Shown: one piece after another, positions 17,302-28,230 of the stretch | How positions within the stretch are numbered: position 1 is the stretch's first letter | Layout of the letters: each line of letters opens with the position of its first letter | From: Candidatus Gastranaerophilales bacterium | GTDB taxonomy: Bacteria > Cyanobacteriota > Vampirovibrionia > Gastranaerophilales > Gastranaerophilaceae | DNA: 64,000 nt | Assembly: GCA_944324245.1 (NCBI GenBank) | Contig: CALUVO010000009.1 | Location: 19,793-83,792, forward strand | Direction: 5' to 3' | Notes under the pieces: model-generated | What the model was told of the DNA's origin: nothing | The model's input: only the letters and a program-made list of their open reading frames with translations | Database searches by the model: none | Position numbers and translations under genes: made by a program

Positions 17302-18468
17302 TTACAAATCTTTTTTAGATTCTTGTTTCTCTTTCAGATTCCGGCGCAATTCGAGTATCCTGTCAAAGTCAGGAGCCAGTGATAATTCAAAGCTGAATCT
17401 TGGGTTCCTTCTGTAAACCTCGTGGTTGTTGTGCATCAACGGAATACCCCAGTATAATCTGGCGGAAGCATCGGCCGGAAGTGCAATTCTTAAACCAAAA
17501 CCGCAGCTGACTATGTAATCATCAGAGTTGTAGCTTCTTGCTCCGGGACCTTCGCCTTTAAACGGATAAATACCGGCGTGGTCGATAAATAGAACACCTT
17601 TTATGTATTTGCCGAGGAAAGAAACTTTTCTTTTTTCTCCGTTCTTTTTGTTTTTCAGCGTAATCGACTGCGGCGCAAGAGGAAAAACAAGCTCTCCGCT
17701 TAATATATAACCGGAACGGCCTATTAACAAACCTTCCGAGTAACCTCTGATTGTAGCTAGACCGCCTGCTTGAAACTGGTCTATGTAAGGCATGACATCG
17801 GTAGGTGAATACTGGTATGAAGCTCTGAATTGACCTACGATTCCATGGCTGAAATCGTGTAGCCTGATTAAACTTCCTGTGTATTTAAAATATTTTGAAT
17901 TGTCATCAAATATAGGGAATGCGTGGTATACACCCTGATTTAAGTACCAAATGCCTCTTTTAGAATCATATCTTGCGCTTAACGCTGTTTCCGCACTGGC
18001 TATTTTGTCTGTGTAAAGACTGAAATCACCGAATCTTGTGTTTGCCTGCTTGTAGTTGATTGCGGTGTAGCTGGTCAATTCAAAGTTCGGTTTTCTAATA
18101 AGCGGGTGTGTATAGTACAAAGAATATGTGTATGAACGGCTTTTGATATCAAATATTTCATAAGGGCCTTCGCCGATATTTGCAAAGCTGGATGAAAATG
18201 TAAACCCGACCCTGCCGTCATACTTGTTTACGGGAATATTGTAATCAGCAAAAGGGGTCACTGAGTATCTGCTCACATAGCTGCCTATTGACAATCTGTC
18301 ACGCTGCCCGAATAAGCTGTCTGCTGCCAGCATCAGCCCGCCTCTGAGCTCTCCTATAGTTTTTCTTCCGGCATTATCCATCAATGCCACTACATGGAAA
18401 GGATTTTTTTCTTTAGCCTGAAGGTTTATATCTGTTGTTGCTGTCGGTTCGGCAGAGGGAAGTCTTAC
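17302..18468 (-). pseudogene. ShlB/FhaC/HecB-type TpsB transporter, 5'-truncated (signal peptide and POTRA region missing)
   Basis: The frame is open only to 18468 (389 codons at most, versus about 550 typical). It starts within '...TDINLQAKEKNPFHVVALMDNAGRKTIGELRG', the barrel-entry region of the TpsB family. It has beta-barrel-like alternation to 'RFSFELSLAPDF'. Confidence 0.7.
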
Positions 18469-21400
18469 TTATAATACGGATAACAAACTTGATATCGGTG
18501 AAAAAGGAATTATTGCTTCCGACAAAGATGTAATAATAAACTTTGATAACGGAACAAACAGTTTTAATGCAAGAACCAAGTCTGTTAAAGTATCAAGATT
18601 GTTATTTGGTATACCTATTACTGACACCAATGAGAGAAGTAATATAACTAAAAATTACCAAAATGCAATGAATTTGGACGGCGAAGTTTCAGCCGGTATC
18701 GGTTCACAAAAATACATGCAATAGACAAAGACGGAAATATTGTTAAAGATTCATTAAAAGGCTTTAGCGATAAAGATTATAAACAGGAAGAGGCAGGAAA
18801 TAAAACTTCTGCCGAAGTTACACAAGATGCAATTGACTCTATAGAAGTTCAGCAGGATTATTTAGAATCCCAGCTTGCAGCGCTCGAGGAAGATAAGGCA
18901 GCAAATCAGGAAAAAATTGAGTATTATCAAGCTCAAATTGCTGAACTTCAAGAAATTATAAATAATTATAAAAATACTGAAAGAATTTCAGAAAACGAAG
19001 TTAATACATCTATAGAAAATAATATAAAAAATAATATCGTTTCAAAGGCCGGCACCGGTGCTGATGGTTCAAGTCTGCCGGCAGATGCCTATACAAAAAT
19101 ACAAGAACAGTACGAAAATAAAATTGCAGCAGCAGAGAATAACTATAATGCTGTTATAACCGATGCTAATAAAACTCAGGAAGAAAAAAATGATGCATTT
19201 AACAAGTATCAGGAAAACATTAATAATGCACTTAAAAATGTATTAAATGAATATAGATATACATATACGATAACTGACAGTGAGGGTAAAACAGAAACAA
19301 AAGAAACAGTATTGAGCCCGTCTCAAATAGATAATATTCTTGCTTTTGTCGAACAAGAACATGGTAAATATTCAGTTGATTCAAACGGTATGGCAATGTA
19401 TAACGGTAAAATTGTAGACAATGATTCTTATAATACAGCTATATCTAATGTAGAAAACCAAATAACGGATTTGAAAACCCAACAAGAAGTTTACTCGAAG
19501 GCAAATGAGCAAATCGCTGAAAAAGCATTTGATTTGAGCAAACAAATTTCTGATTTAGATAAACAAATAGCTCACTTAGAAGATAATCCGCTTGACGGAA
19601 TAGAAATATCAAATGCGTATATTGAGTTTGATGATATTATTACCCAAACACCAAAAATAGAAATCACAGGTATCACAAAAGATAACCTGAGTGGTGATGG
19701 CGAGTTTAAAATTTATCTCCCGGGATTGACTATAGACAATTATTCCAACAGTGATTTGATTTTCAATGTTGTTAACCTTGCCGCTAGAGAAAACGGCGGA
19801 TTAACAATAGGCGGAGTAAGCTTTGATTCTTATCTTGATACTGGTAAACCAATTGCTGACAAGGTTCTATACGTAACAGAAAGAAATAATGATGCGATAA
19901 AAGATAATACAATTACAATAAATAATTATTTTGACCATAACAATCCGCTAAATGCAGGTAAAAATCCATCTGATATTATTTTTAATAATATAGTTTCAAC
20001 ATCTGACTTAATCGATATCTGGAATGAAAGCGGAGATATAACCTTCAAAAATGCGCTTACTTCTGACAGAAAGAGTATAATCGCAGCTCAGGGCAATATT
20101 GTATATGACAATCAAAATACTGATTTTGCTCTTAATAAGGCTGATGACAGAGTTATCGCAGGACAAAATATTACAATTAATGCAAATAATATTAAAAACA
20201 ACGGTACAATTAAGGCAGGTCGTGATGTCAGAAATATCACCATCACAGATGATATGCTCAATAACCTTGTCTATGACCCGACAACAGGCAAGACAAATCT
20301 TATTAGCTTAGGCGGCAGTGACAAGTCTGCTTATCTCAATGACAACGGCAATAACATAAAAGCTATCTACGAAGACGGTAAAATTAAATTGTTTGTTACA
20401 TCTCAAGATGGCGGCAATATTGACTTAAACGGTACTGTCACAGGCAGCGGAACCGTATCTTATACTAACGGTTACAGTGAGGTTAAAGTTACCAATAATA
20501 CTGATAAAACACTTGTTATAAACGATTTTAATAACAACAAAATGAACGGATCACTGGATAACGCAGCAGATACTCTGACAGTAAATAAACTGGGCAAAGA
20601 TTCTGCTGTTACAACAATAGTTTCCAATGGAAAAATAGAAACATCAGGTGTTATCCAAAACGGCAAAGACGCTTTAAACAATCCGTCCAATAACAGCGTG
20701 CTTACTTTGCAGTCAGAAAACGGTGTTTTAATTAACGCTCTTAATGACGGGCTTGGAAACAGAATAAATACTATTGATTCTGTCGGCTTGTTAAATGTTG
20801 TAAACAATAATGCTTCATCTGTAACAATTGACGGTACTGTTCAAAATACAGGTGATATTAAGATACAAAATTCCGGTGCAGACGGCCTTGTTATAACCCA
20901 AAATGGTGTTGTCAACAACAATGACGGTAATATAGAACTCGTAAACAACGGTAATGAAGGTATAGTTGTTTCAGGCACTGTGTATAATGCAAACGGTTCA
21001 ATAAAACTTGACAACCAGAATACTCAGGCAGGAATACTTCTTGACAGCACAGGCTTTGTTCACAATGATAAAGGCGGAGATATAACAATCCAAAATATTG
21101 GCGCAAACGGTACTGTTATTCAGGGTATTGTTCAGGCAATAGTTGATAAAATTAATTTAATAAACTCTGATTCTGATATCCTCATCGGTGACGATACAAC
21201 TAATGACAAATATCTGAACGCTTTAAATAATGATATAAATATAACAATAACAAATGGTGATTTATTGAATTCCGGCGTGGATAAAACGTTAATAACAGCA
21301 GGTAAAGATTTAAATATCAGCGTCACAGACGGTGATATCGGAACAACCGATAATGCGATTGCCGGTAAAAAACCGGGATTTGGCATAAATGCTTCAACAA

Positions 21401-23334
21401 GGGATAAAACAGAATCAATAAATATCAACGTAAAAGGTAAAATCACTGCCAGTGCAGAAAATAATACAAAAACGGATGACAGACTCATCAACCTTACCGC
21501 AAAAGATTCGGATATGAAACTTAATCAGATAAAAGCTGACGGAAATGTCATTCTTACGGCTGCCGAATGGGATACGGAAGACAGAAATCCAACACCCGGA
21601 GAATATGATCCGGAAAACTATTTTACCGGATATTCAATTATTAATGCTGCAGATGATAAAACACAGCCAAATATTGTCGGCAAGAACATATCTCTAATTT
21701 CGAGCAATGATATAGGTTCATCAGATAATTACGTAACCTATGAACAAACAGGTACGGACAATGATTACTTTAGCGCAGAGGCAGAAAATGACCTCTATGT
21801 ACAAGGTATGGGTGATAAATCCAATATCTGGCAGCTGATATCAAAAAGAGGTAATATTGCTTTATCATTTGACGGTGATTCCGTAATAAGAGAACTTACA
21901 AGCGGAAAAGATATTCAGATAGTAAGCAAAGGTAAAAATCTCACTATTTATGATATAGGCAGAGTCAGCCATATTCTTGATCCTATGGATGACATTCTCT
22001 ATCCTCACGACAGAATCGAACTCTCATCTGTTGTCCCTGAAACTGTTAATATCGCAGTTTTAGATGCCAAGGGCGGAGAAGATGCTTATTCAACATTAAA
22101 TATATATAATGCATTTGTTAAAGGTACAAATGATGATAAAGCAGACGTTACATTAAAAGCGGATAAAATAATTGCTCATGCGGCAGAAGCAGCAGACTCG
22201 GTTATTTCAAACGCTGCAAGACCAAATGGATTTGATGCAAGTGAGGGCAGAGATTATCACGATGATTTGAGTGATGATACATCTGAAATCCTTTTTGCAA
22301 CAGGTTTTAATACATCAGGTGACGGTGCTCAGCTTACTTTTGATGTAGGCGGGGTATCACCGGAGCTTGTTGCTGCAGTGAATGAAGATATTAACGGCAG
22401 AAGCTACAACAGTCAGGAGGTAATTGAACCTGTATATATCTTTAACAATGAATACGGATTTAAAGATACTGTATATAAAGCAAACGATGTTACTTTGTCA
22501 TTGAATTCATCTTCCGAATCACCTGCAGATAACAGAGGTATGTATTTTGACAAACTGTATACAGACAATGCATATATTGATACAAAAGATTTGAATCTTG
22601 ATTTAAAAGATGCTTTTGTTACTAATTATGCTGAGTTCAGAAACGGTAACTTGAATGCTGATGCAGGCGGTCATATTGTTGGTGACGGATACAGATGGCT
22701 GACAATTGTTGACAACGATTATCAAAGAAATCTTTCATCAATATACGGAATTAATTTGACATCACAGCTCTATACAAAACTTACCGGTTCTTTCGGCTTG
22801 CATATGGGTAATTATATAAGCCAGCTGACAAAAGCACCTGTTGTTTATTACAATCCGTATGTTGTTGTTAATATTCCGCAGACGGAAAACAGTTTCTACA
22901 GATTGACTTACAAAGATGACAAAATCCAAAAAACTACAACAACACCGGAATTTGAAGATATAAACAAAGATACATATAAACCGACCAAACGTCAAAATAT
23001 CAGATTCTCACTCGGTAAAGACGACAAAGAGGTGCAAATAGCAAACAGACGTATTATCAGCATTATAGATATTTCAAAAGGCGGCCTTGCCATAGAACAT
23101 GACGGTTCTTTGAAAAAAGGCGAAGAGTTTGTTATTAATCTGACTTATCATGATGTTACGGCATCGCCAGAGGTTCGTGTAGTCAGAGTTAACGGAAACA
23201 AAGCAGGATTGCAGTTTATAAATCTTGATAATGCTACAGCAAACAAAATCCTTTACATAAACCTGTCGGCTTCTAAAGAGAATACTGATATAAATTCTTC
23301 GAATAAAGCAACTATGATTATAGAAAAATTGTAA
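18461..23334 (+). pseudogene. Giant beta-helical repeat (FhaB/TpsA-like) protein with C-terminal PilZ domain; 5'-truncated and frameshifted
   Basis: Frame 2 is open 18422-18724 (TAG at 18722). Frame 1 is open 18652-23334 with no start codon before TTG 19312. It contains repeats such as 'AGQNITINANNIKNNGTIKAGRDV'. The C-terminus has 'RQNIR' and 'DISKGG'. Confidence 0.7.
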
Positions 23335-23340
23335 AAATGC

Positions 23341-23385
23341 ATATAGTCAGTTAGTTTATACGATAGTTATACTAACTGACTATAT
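23341..23385. repeat. Perfect 15-bp-arm inverted repeat after the giant gene
   Basis: 'atatagtcagttagt' (23341-23355) pairs with 'actaactgactatat' (23371-23385) around a 15-nt loop. No T-tract follows. Confidence 0.8.
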
Positions 23386-23472
23386 ATGAAACTAACGGTA
23401 GCTTTATGACTTTAGCCGGAATCTTTTCTAAATGCAACTAATTTAGTAAAAATTGTTTAGAGACTTTTTTTA

Positions 23473-24360
23473 TTAAGAAAAATGCTGCTGTAATTTTTCT
23501 AAAAATAATTTTGCCGCAGGAGAAAATACCTGATATTTTTTCCAAACAATATCAAGACCTGATTCCAGCCTTGGTGATAAAGGTCTGAAACACAGATTGC
23601 TGTTTGTTGTATTAATAAGTTTATCAAGTGTTACTGCATACCCCATGCCTGCTTCAACCATAATGGCTGCGTTATAAACAAGATTGTATGTAGCAACAAT
23701 ATTGAGTTTTTCAAACTCTTCACCAAACCAATCCAAAAATCCGCTGTCAGCAGAATATTTCTTTGACATTTGTCTTGATGCAATCAATGGTGCGCCTGTC
23801 AGGTCATCCAGAGAAGCCAGCTTTTTGCCGGAAATAGGGCTGTCATTCCTTGCAATAATACCCCACACATCTTTATCGGGCAGCGTTATATTGTCGTATT
23901 TTGATAAATCTATAGGCTGAATAAGCACACCAAAATCAAGGAGACCTTTGTCCAATTTTTCCGTAACATCTTCTGCATTACCGCTATAGATATGAAATTT
24001 TATTTCCGGATATTGTGTTTGAATTTCTTTCATAACTTTTGCGATATGTTTCATCGAATCAGTTTCTCCGCATCCAATGTATATATCACCCTGGATTATA
24101 TTGCTTATGGATTGAAACTCTGCTTCGGTCTTTTCAACCATTGTTACAATTTCTTCTGCTCTTTTTCGCAGCATCATTCCTTCAGGAGTCAAAGAAACTT
24201 TGTATTTTCCTCTTATAAGCAGTTTTTGACCCAGCTCTTTTTCCAGATCCTGCAATTGTCTGGACAGTGTCGGCTGTGTAAGATGTAATGAATTTGCTGC
24301 AGCTGTTATGCTGCCTTCTCTGGCTACTGTTAAAAAATATCGTAAAACCCTGATTTCCAT
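23473..24360 (-). CDS. LysR-family transcriptional regulator
   Basis: N-terminal HTH 'MEIRVLRYFLTVAREGSITAAANSLHLTQPTLSRQLQDLE'. Divergent from the 24504-29534 operon. Confidence 0.9.
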   Translation of the reverse strand: MEIRVLRYFLTVAREGSITAAANSLHLTQPTLSRQLQDLEKELGQKLLIRGKYKVSLTPEGMMLRKRAEEIVTMVEKTEAEFQSISNIIQGDIYIGCGETDSMKHIAKVMKEIQTQYPEIKFHIYSGNAEDVTEKLDKGLLDFGVLIQPIDLSKYDNITLPDKDVWGIIARNDSPISGKKLASLDDLTGAPLIASRQMSKKYSADSGFLDWFGEEFEKLNIVATYNLVYNAAIMVEAGMGYAVTLDKLINTTNSNLCFRPLSPRLESGLDIVWKKYQVFSPAAKLFLEKLQQHFS

Positions 24361-24503
24361 TTATTTGCATCCTTATAATATGTTTTGTTTGTTATGTATT
24401 GATAATGTGTATTATGTACAAGTTTGTTTTATTCTACATTTCTGTAATTATGCCTGTCAAGCATTTTTAGTTATGTAATATAAGTATTTGCTATTTTGGG
24501 ATA

Positions 24504-24764
24504 ATGGTAAATAATGAAGAATATGCAGGAGAAATTATCTTGAAAACCTTTAATTCCCAAATTCTTCAAAACCTCAAAGATGCTGATTGCGATAGTGTTT
24601 TAATTGAGCAGTTTTTTAATCTTGAAAAAGAAAACAAAATTTCGGAACAAATTAAACTATTAAAAAAACATAAAACTAAATTGTTAGACAATTTGCATAA
24701 ATATCAAAAACATATAGATAATCTTGATTTTTTAATATTTAATCTTGAGCAGACAAAAAAATAA
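24504..24764 (+). CDS. Small coiled-coil hypothetical protein
   Basis: 86-aa ORF, first gene of the LysR-divergent operon. No domain recognised. Confidence 0.4.
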   Translation: MVNNEEYAGEIILKTFNSQILQNLKDADCDSVLIEQFFNLEKENKISEQIKLLKKHKTKLLDNLHKYQKHIDNLDFLIFNLEQTKK

Positions 24765-24777
24765 TAGGAGTAAAATA

Positions 24778-25665
24778 ATGGAAATATTAAAAGTAATTAC
24801 ACCCAGAGGTCTTGAACTAAAAGGTGCAATCTTCGGCGATAATACCAATGATATTGTTCTTGTTATGCTGACAGGAATTTGTTCCAATGTTTTTCAAAAC
24901 GAGCTTTTGTACACAACAGGAAAGCTCCTTGAAAAAAACGGCATTACCTGTATCATTGCTCACGCGCATGACTCTTTTTCCTGTTTTGCATACAGCGATT
25001 TTTCCATAGGAAAGCAAAGACATGCCGGCACTTTCAACGATGATTTTAATATGGTTTACGAAGATATTGAAAGCTATGTGAGATACGCAAAAGAAAAAAT
25101 GGGTTTTAAAAATATTGTGCTTGCCGGTCATTCTCTAGGTTCCAATAAAATAATACATTATCTTGGAAACACTCCTGATGACTTTGTAGATTATTTTATT
25201 GTTTCATCCCCTGTTGATATTATGCACTGGTGGCAGGTTATGCCAAATATCGACAAATGCTTTGAAATGGCACAGGATTGGGTCAAAAATGGCAGAGGGG
25301 ACGATATCCTTCCGTTTATGTTCGGCGGATTTTCTCCGATGACAGCCAATAGTGTTTTAGGATTTTACAATGCGGAAAATCTTAAAAACTGTCCTGTGTT
25401 AAGTAAACAAGGCGAAACAGATTCTTTGTATAATATAAAACCTAACGGAACCTTTTTAATAGGCTCAAAAGACTCTGTCACAGGCGACAGCCCCAAAGGG
25501 TTTATGGAAACGCTTAACTCATGGACAAAACACCCTTCCCGTAATCAGGTAATTGAAGTTAAAAACGCTTCTCATATCTTTTTTGGAAAACACAACGAAT
25601 ATGCTGATGTTGTTTTAAACTGCGTAAAATCTTTTCTTAAAGAACAAGACCTTGTGCCGGTTTAG
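24778..25665 (+). CDS. Alpha/beta hydrolase
   Basis: Nucleophile elbow 'GHSLGS'. ATG 24778 is preceded by 'taggag'; the ORF track start is 24745. Confidence 0.65.
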   Translation: MEILKVITPRGLELKGAIFGDNTNDIVLVMLTGICSNVFQNELLYTTGKLLEKNGITCIIAHAHDSFSCFAYSDFSIGKQRHAGTFNDDFNMVYEDIESYVRYAKEKMGFKNIVLAGHSLGSNKIIHYLGNTPDDFVDYFIVSSPVDIMHWWQVMPNIDKCFEMAQDWVKNGRGDDILPFMFGGFSPMTANSVLGFYNAENLKNCPVLSKQGETDSLYNIKPNGTFLIGSKDSVTGDSPKGFMETLNSWTKHPSRNQVIEVKNASHIFFGKHNEYADVVLNCVKSFLKEQDLVPV

Positions 25666-25725
25666 GCAATAGTTGCAGACCTTAATATCTTTAAACAGTA
25701 GATTATCTTTTATGAGGAGATATTT

Positions 25726-26586
25726 ATGAAAAAAAGCATAATAAACCAAACATTTGATGAAGAACGCTCTTTGTATAACATAAAAAATACAGAAGTTTTA
25801 AACTGTAAATTCGAAGGCCCTGCTGACGGAGAGTCTGTTTTAAAAGAAGGCAGAAATTATACAGTCAAAGACTGCTCTTTTTCTTTAAGATATCCGATGT
25901 GGCACGCAAATAAATTTGTTTTGCAGACTTCTTCAATGGATGAAAAAACAAGAGCGCCTCTGTGGTACTGCAAAGACGGCAGTATCTTAAACTGCAATAT
26001 CAACGGCATAAAATGCCTGAGAGAGTGCAGCGATGTCAAAGTGGACGGCTGTAATATTGTTTCGCCTGAATTCGGCTGGAGATGTAAAAAATTACAAATA
26101 TCAAACTCAACAATAGACTCTATGTATTTTTTGTTTGAGTCAAAAGATGTTGAGATTGAAAACCTTACTATGACAGGAAAATATTCATTTCAATATATGA
26201 AAAATCTTCATATTAAAGATTCAAACCTTGATACAAAAGACGCCTTCTGGCACAGCAAAAATATTGTTGTTGAAAATTCCATCGTAAAAGGCGAATACTT
26301 AGGCTGGTTCTCAGAAAATTTGACCTTTATAAACTGTAAAATTATAGGAACGCAGCCTCTGTGTTACTGCAAAAATTTAAAACTCATAAACTGTGAGATG
26401 GAGGCCACAGACCTGTGTTTTGAATACTCTGATGTAGAAGCTGATATAAAAGGACACATTGATTCTGTTAAAAATCCAAAGTCAGGCACTATTGTTGCTG
26501 ATTCTGTCGGCGAAATAATATCAGAAGATGCAATCATGAAATGCACAGGACAAGTCTTGATAAGAGAACAAAAACTTTCGGCATAG
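25726..26586 (+). CDS. DUF3737-family (right-handed beta-helix-like) protein
   Basis: The N-terminus 'INQTFDEERSLYNIKNTEVLNCKFEGPADGESVLKE' and repeated 'I.NS...G' turns are as in DUF3737 proteins. Confidence 0.55.
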   Translation: MKKSIINQTFDEERSLYNIKNTEVLNCKFEGPADGESVLKEGRNYTVKDCSFSLRYPMWHANKFVLQTSSMDEKTRAPLWYCKDGSILNCNINGIKCLRECSDVKVDGCNIVSPEFGWRCKKLQISNSTIDSMYFLFESKDVEIENLTMTGKYSFQYMKNLHIKDSNLDTKDAFWHSKNIVVENSIVKGEYLGWFSENLTFINCKIIGTQPLCYCKNLKLINCEMEATDLCFEYSDVEADIKGHIDSVKNPKSGTIVADSVGEIISEDAIMKCTGQVLIREQKLSA

Positions 26587-26597
26587 GAAAACAAAAT

Positions 26598-27200
26598 ATG
26601 AATAACAATCAGATTAATATGGACGAATTTTATAAACACGTGTCAGAAGGCCGGATTGTAGAAGCAGAGTCAGATATGGGACTTGCCTTTCATGAAATGG
26701 CACAAAAGGCATTAAAAATTACAACAGAGCTTAACAATAAATACCATGCGCCAGAAGAAATAGTTGAAATTTTTTCAAAACTTACCGGAAAAAGTGTGGA
26801 CAAATCTTTTAGAATGTTTCCGCCTTTTTATACGGATTGCGGAAAAAATATCACTGTGGGCAAAAATGTATTTATTAATTCCTGCTGTAAGTTTCAGGAT
26901 CAGGGCGGAATTTTTATAGATGACGGATGTTTAATCGGACATAATGTAATTATTACAACGCTAAATCACCTGATGCAGCCGTCTAAAAGGCACTCTATGC
27001 AGCCAAAGCCTGTTAACATCGGCAAAAATGTATGGATAGGCTCTAATGTTACAATTGTCCCCGGCGTGACAATCGGGAAAAATGCTATAATAGGTGCAGG
27101 CAGCACCGTGGTCAGTGATGTTCCCGAAAATGCAATCGCAGTAGGGTGTCCGTGTAAGGTTATTAAATACATACAAGATGATGAGGTAGAAAATGGTTAA
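26598..27200 (+). CDS. Sugar (maltose/galactoside-type) O-acetyltransferase, left-handed beta-helix
   Basis: Hexapeptide repeats 'IGKNVWIGSNVTIVPGVTIGKNAIIGAGSTVVSDVPENAIAVGCP'. The start is placed at ATG 26598. Confidence 0.8.
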   Translation: MNNNQINMDEFYKHVSEGRIVEAESDMGLAFHEMAQKALKITTELNNKYHAPEEIVEIFSKLTGKSVDKSFRMFPPFYTDCGKNITVGKNVFINSCCKFQDQGGIFIDDGCLIGHNVIITTLNHLMQPSKRHSMQPKPVNIGKNVWIGSNVTIVPGVTIGKNAIIGAGSTVVSDVPENAIAVGCPCKVIKYIQDDEVENG

Positions 27201-28230
27201 AAAGTTTTTAATTTCATTAGCAGTGTTCACATTAATTATAGGAGGTGCAGCAATGAGTATGGCAAAAAGTAATGATTGGGATAAAACTTTCCCCAAAAGC
27301 GACAAGGTTGATATTCAAAAAGTTAGTTTTAATAACAGATATGGAATAACCCTCGTAGGAGACTTGTACACACCGAAAAATAAACCGTCAGAAAAAATGG
27401 CGGCCATTGCCGTTGCAGGGCCTTTTGGTGCAGTAAAAGAACAGGCCTCGGGCTTGTACGCACAAACAATGGCTGAAAAAGGTTTTGTAACATTAGCATT
27501 TGACCCGTCATACACTGGCGAAAGTTCTGGAGAGCCTCGAAATGTTTCTTCACCGGAAATTAATACAGAAGATTTCAGTGCGGCAGTTGATTTTTTGAGC
27601 AATCAAAAGGAGGTTAATCCCGACAAAATCGGTATTATCGGTATCTGCGGATTTGGGGGCTTCGGCTTGAATGCTGCTGCTATTGATACAAGAATCAAAG
27701 CCACAGCAACGGTTACAATGTACGATATGACAAGAGTCACAGCTAACGGCTATTTTGATTCTATGGATGAAAAAGCACGTTATGAGTTGAAAGAATCTTT
27801 GAATAAACAACGCACAGAAGACTTTAAAAACGGTACTTATGCCAAAGCTCCGGGGCTTCCTGAAAAATTAACAGGAGATGAGCCTCAGTTTGTAAAAGAT
27901 TACTACGGATATTACAAAACACAAAGAGGCTTCCATAAACGTTCCATAAACTCTAACGGAAACTGGAATACAACAGCATCTCTAGCATTAATAAATATGC
28001 CGATTCTTGCCTACAGCAATGAAATCAAAAATGCCGTGCTTATGATTCACGGAGAAAAAGCTCACAGCAAATATTTTTCAGAAGATGCCTTCAAAAAACT
28101 AAAAGGCGATAACAAAGAACTTTTGATTGTCGAAGGTGCAAACCACGTTGATTTGTACGACAATCTTGAAAAAATTCCGTTCGACAAAATTGAACAGTTC
28201 TTCACTAAATATTTGAAAGAAGGTAAATAA
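27193..28230 (+). CDS. Secreted alpha/beta hydrolase (dienelactone-hydrolase-like, Cys nucleophile)
   Basis: Signal peptide, 'GIIGICGFGG' (G-x-C-x-G) and 'IHGEKAHS'. Confidence 0.65.
   Translation: MVKKFLISLAVFTLIIGGAAMSMAKSNDWDKTFPKSDKVDIQKVSFNNRYGITLVGDLYTPKNKPSEKMAAIAVAGPFGAVKEQASGLYAQTMAEKGFVTLAFDPSYTGESSGEPRNVSSPEINTEDFSAAVDFLSNQKEVNPDKIGIIGICGFGGFGLNAAAIDTRIKATATVTMYDMTRVTANGYFDSMDEKARYELKESLNKQRTEDFKNGTYAKAPGLPEKLTGDEPQFVKDYYGYYKTQRGFHKRSINSNGNWNTTASLALINMPILAYSNEIKNAVLMIHGEKAHSKYFSEDAFKKLKGDNKELLIVEGANHVDLYDNLEKIPFDKIEQFFTKYLKEGK

Larger units (their letters stand above)
15175..23400. mobile_element. Decayed tRNA-Asp-linked accessory island(s); no integrase retained
   Basis: Bounded by tRNA-Asp and a 15-bp-arm palindrome at 23341-23385. 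It contains repeated tRNA 3'-end copies, a Fic gene and broken TPS genes. Confidence 0.45.

Noticed and set aside
19312-23334. Antisense or alternative-frame ORFs inside long genes: 20099-20311, 20472-20807, 20912-21106, 21132-21491 and 22762-22995. Comparable shadow ORFs lie inside other CDS, for example 37843-38217, 12386-12733 and 53790-54203.
   Set aside because: - They are fully nested in strongly supported CDS.
- They are typical shadow ORFs of AT-rich, codon-biased genes.
- They have no independent signals.
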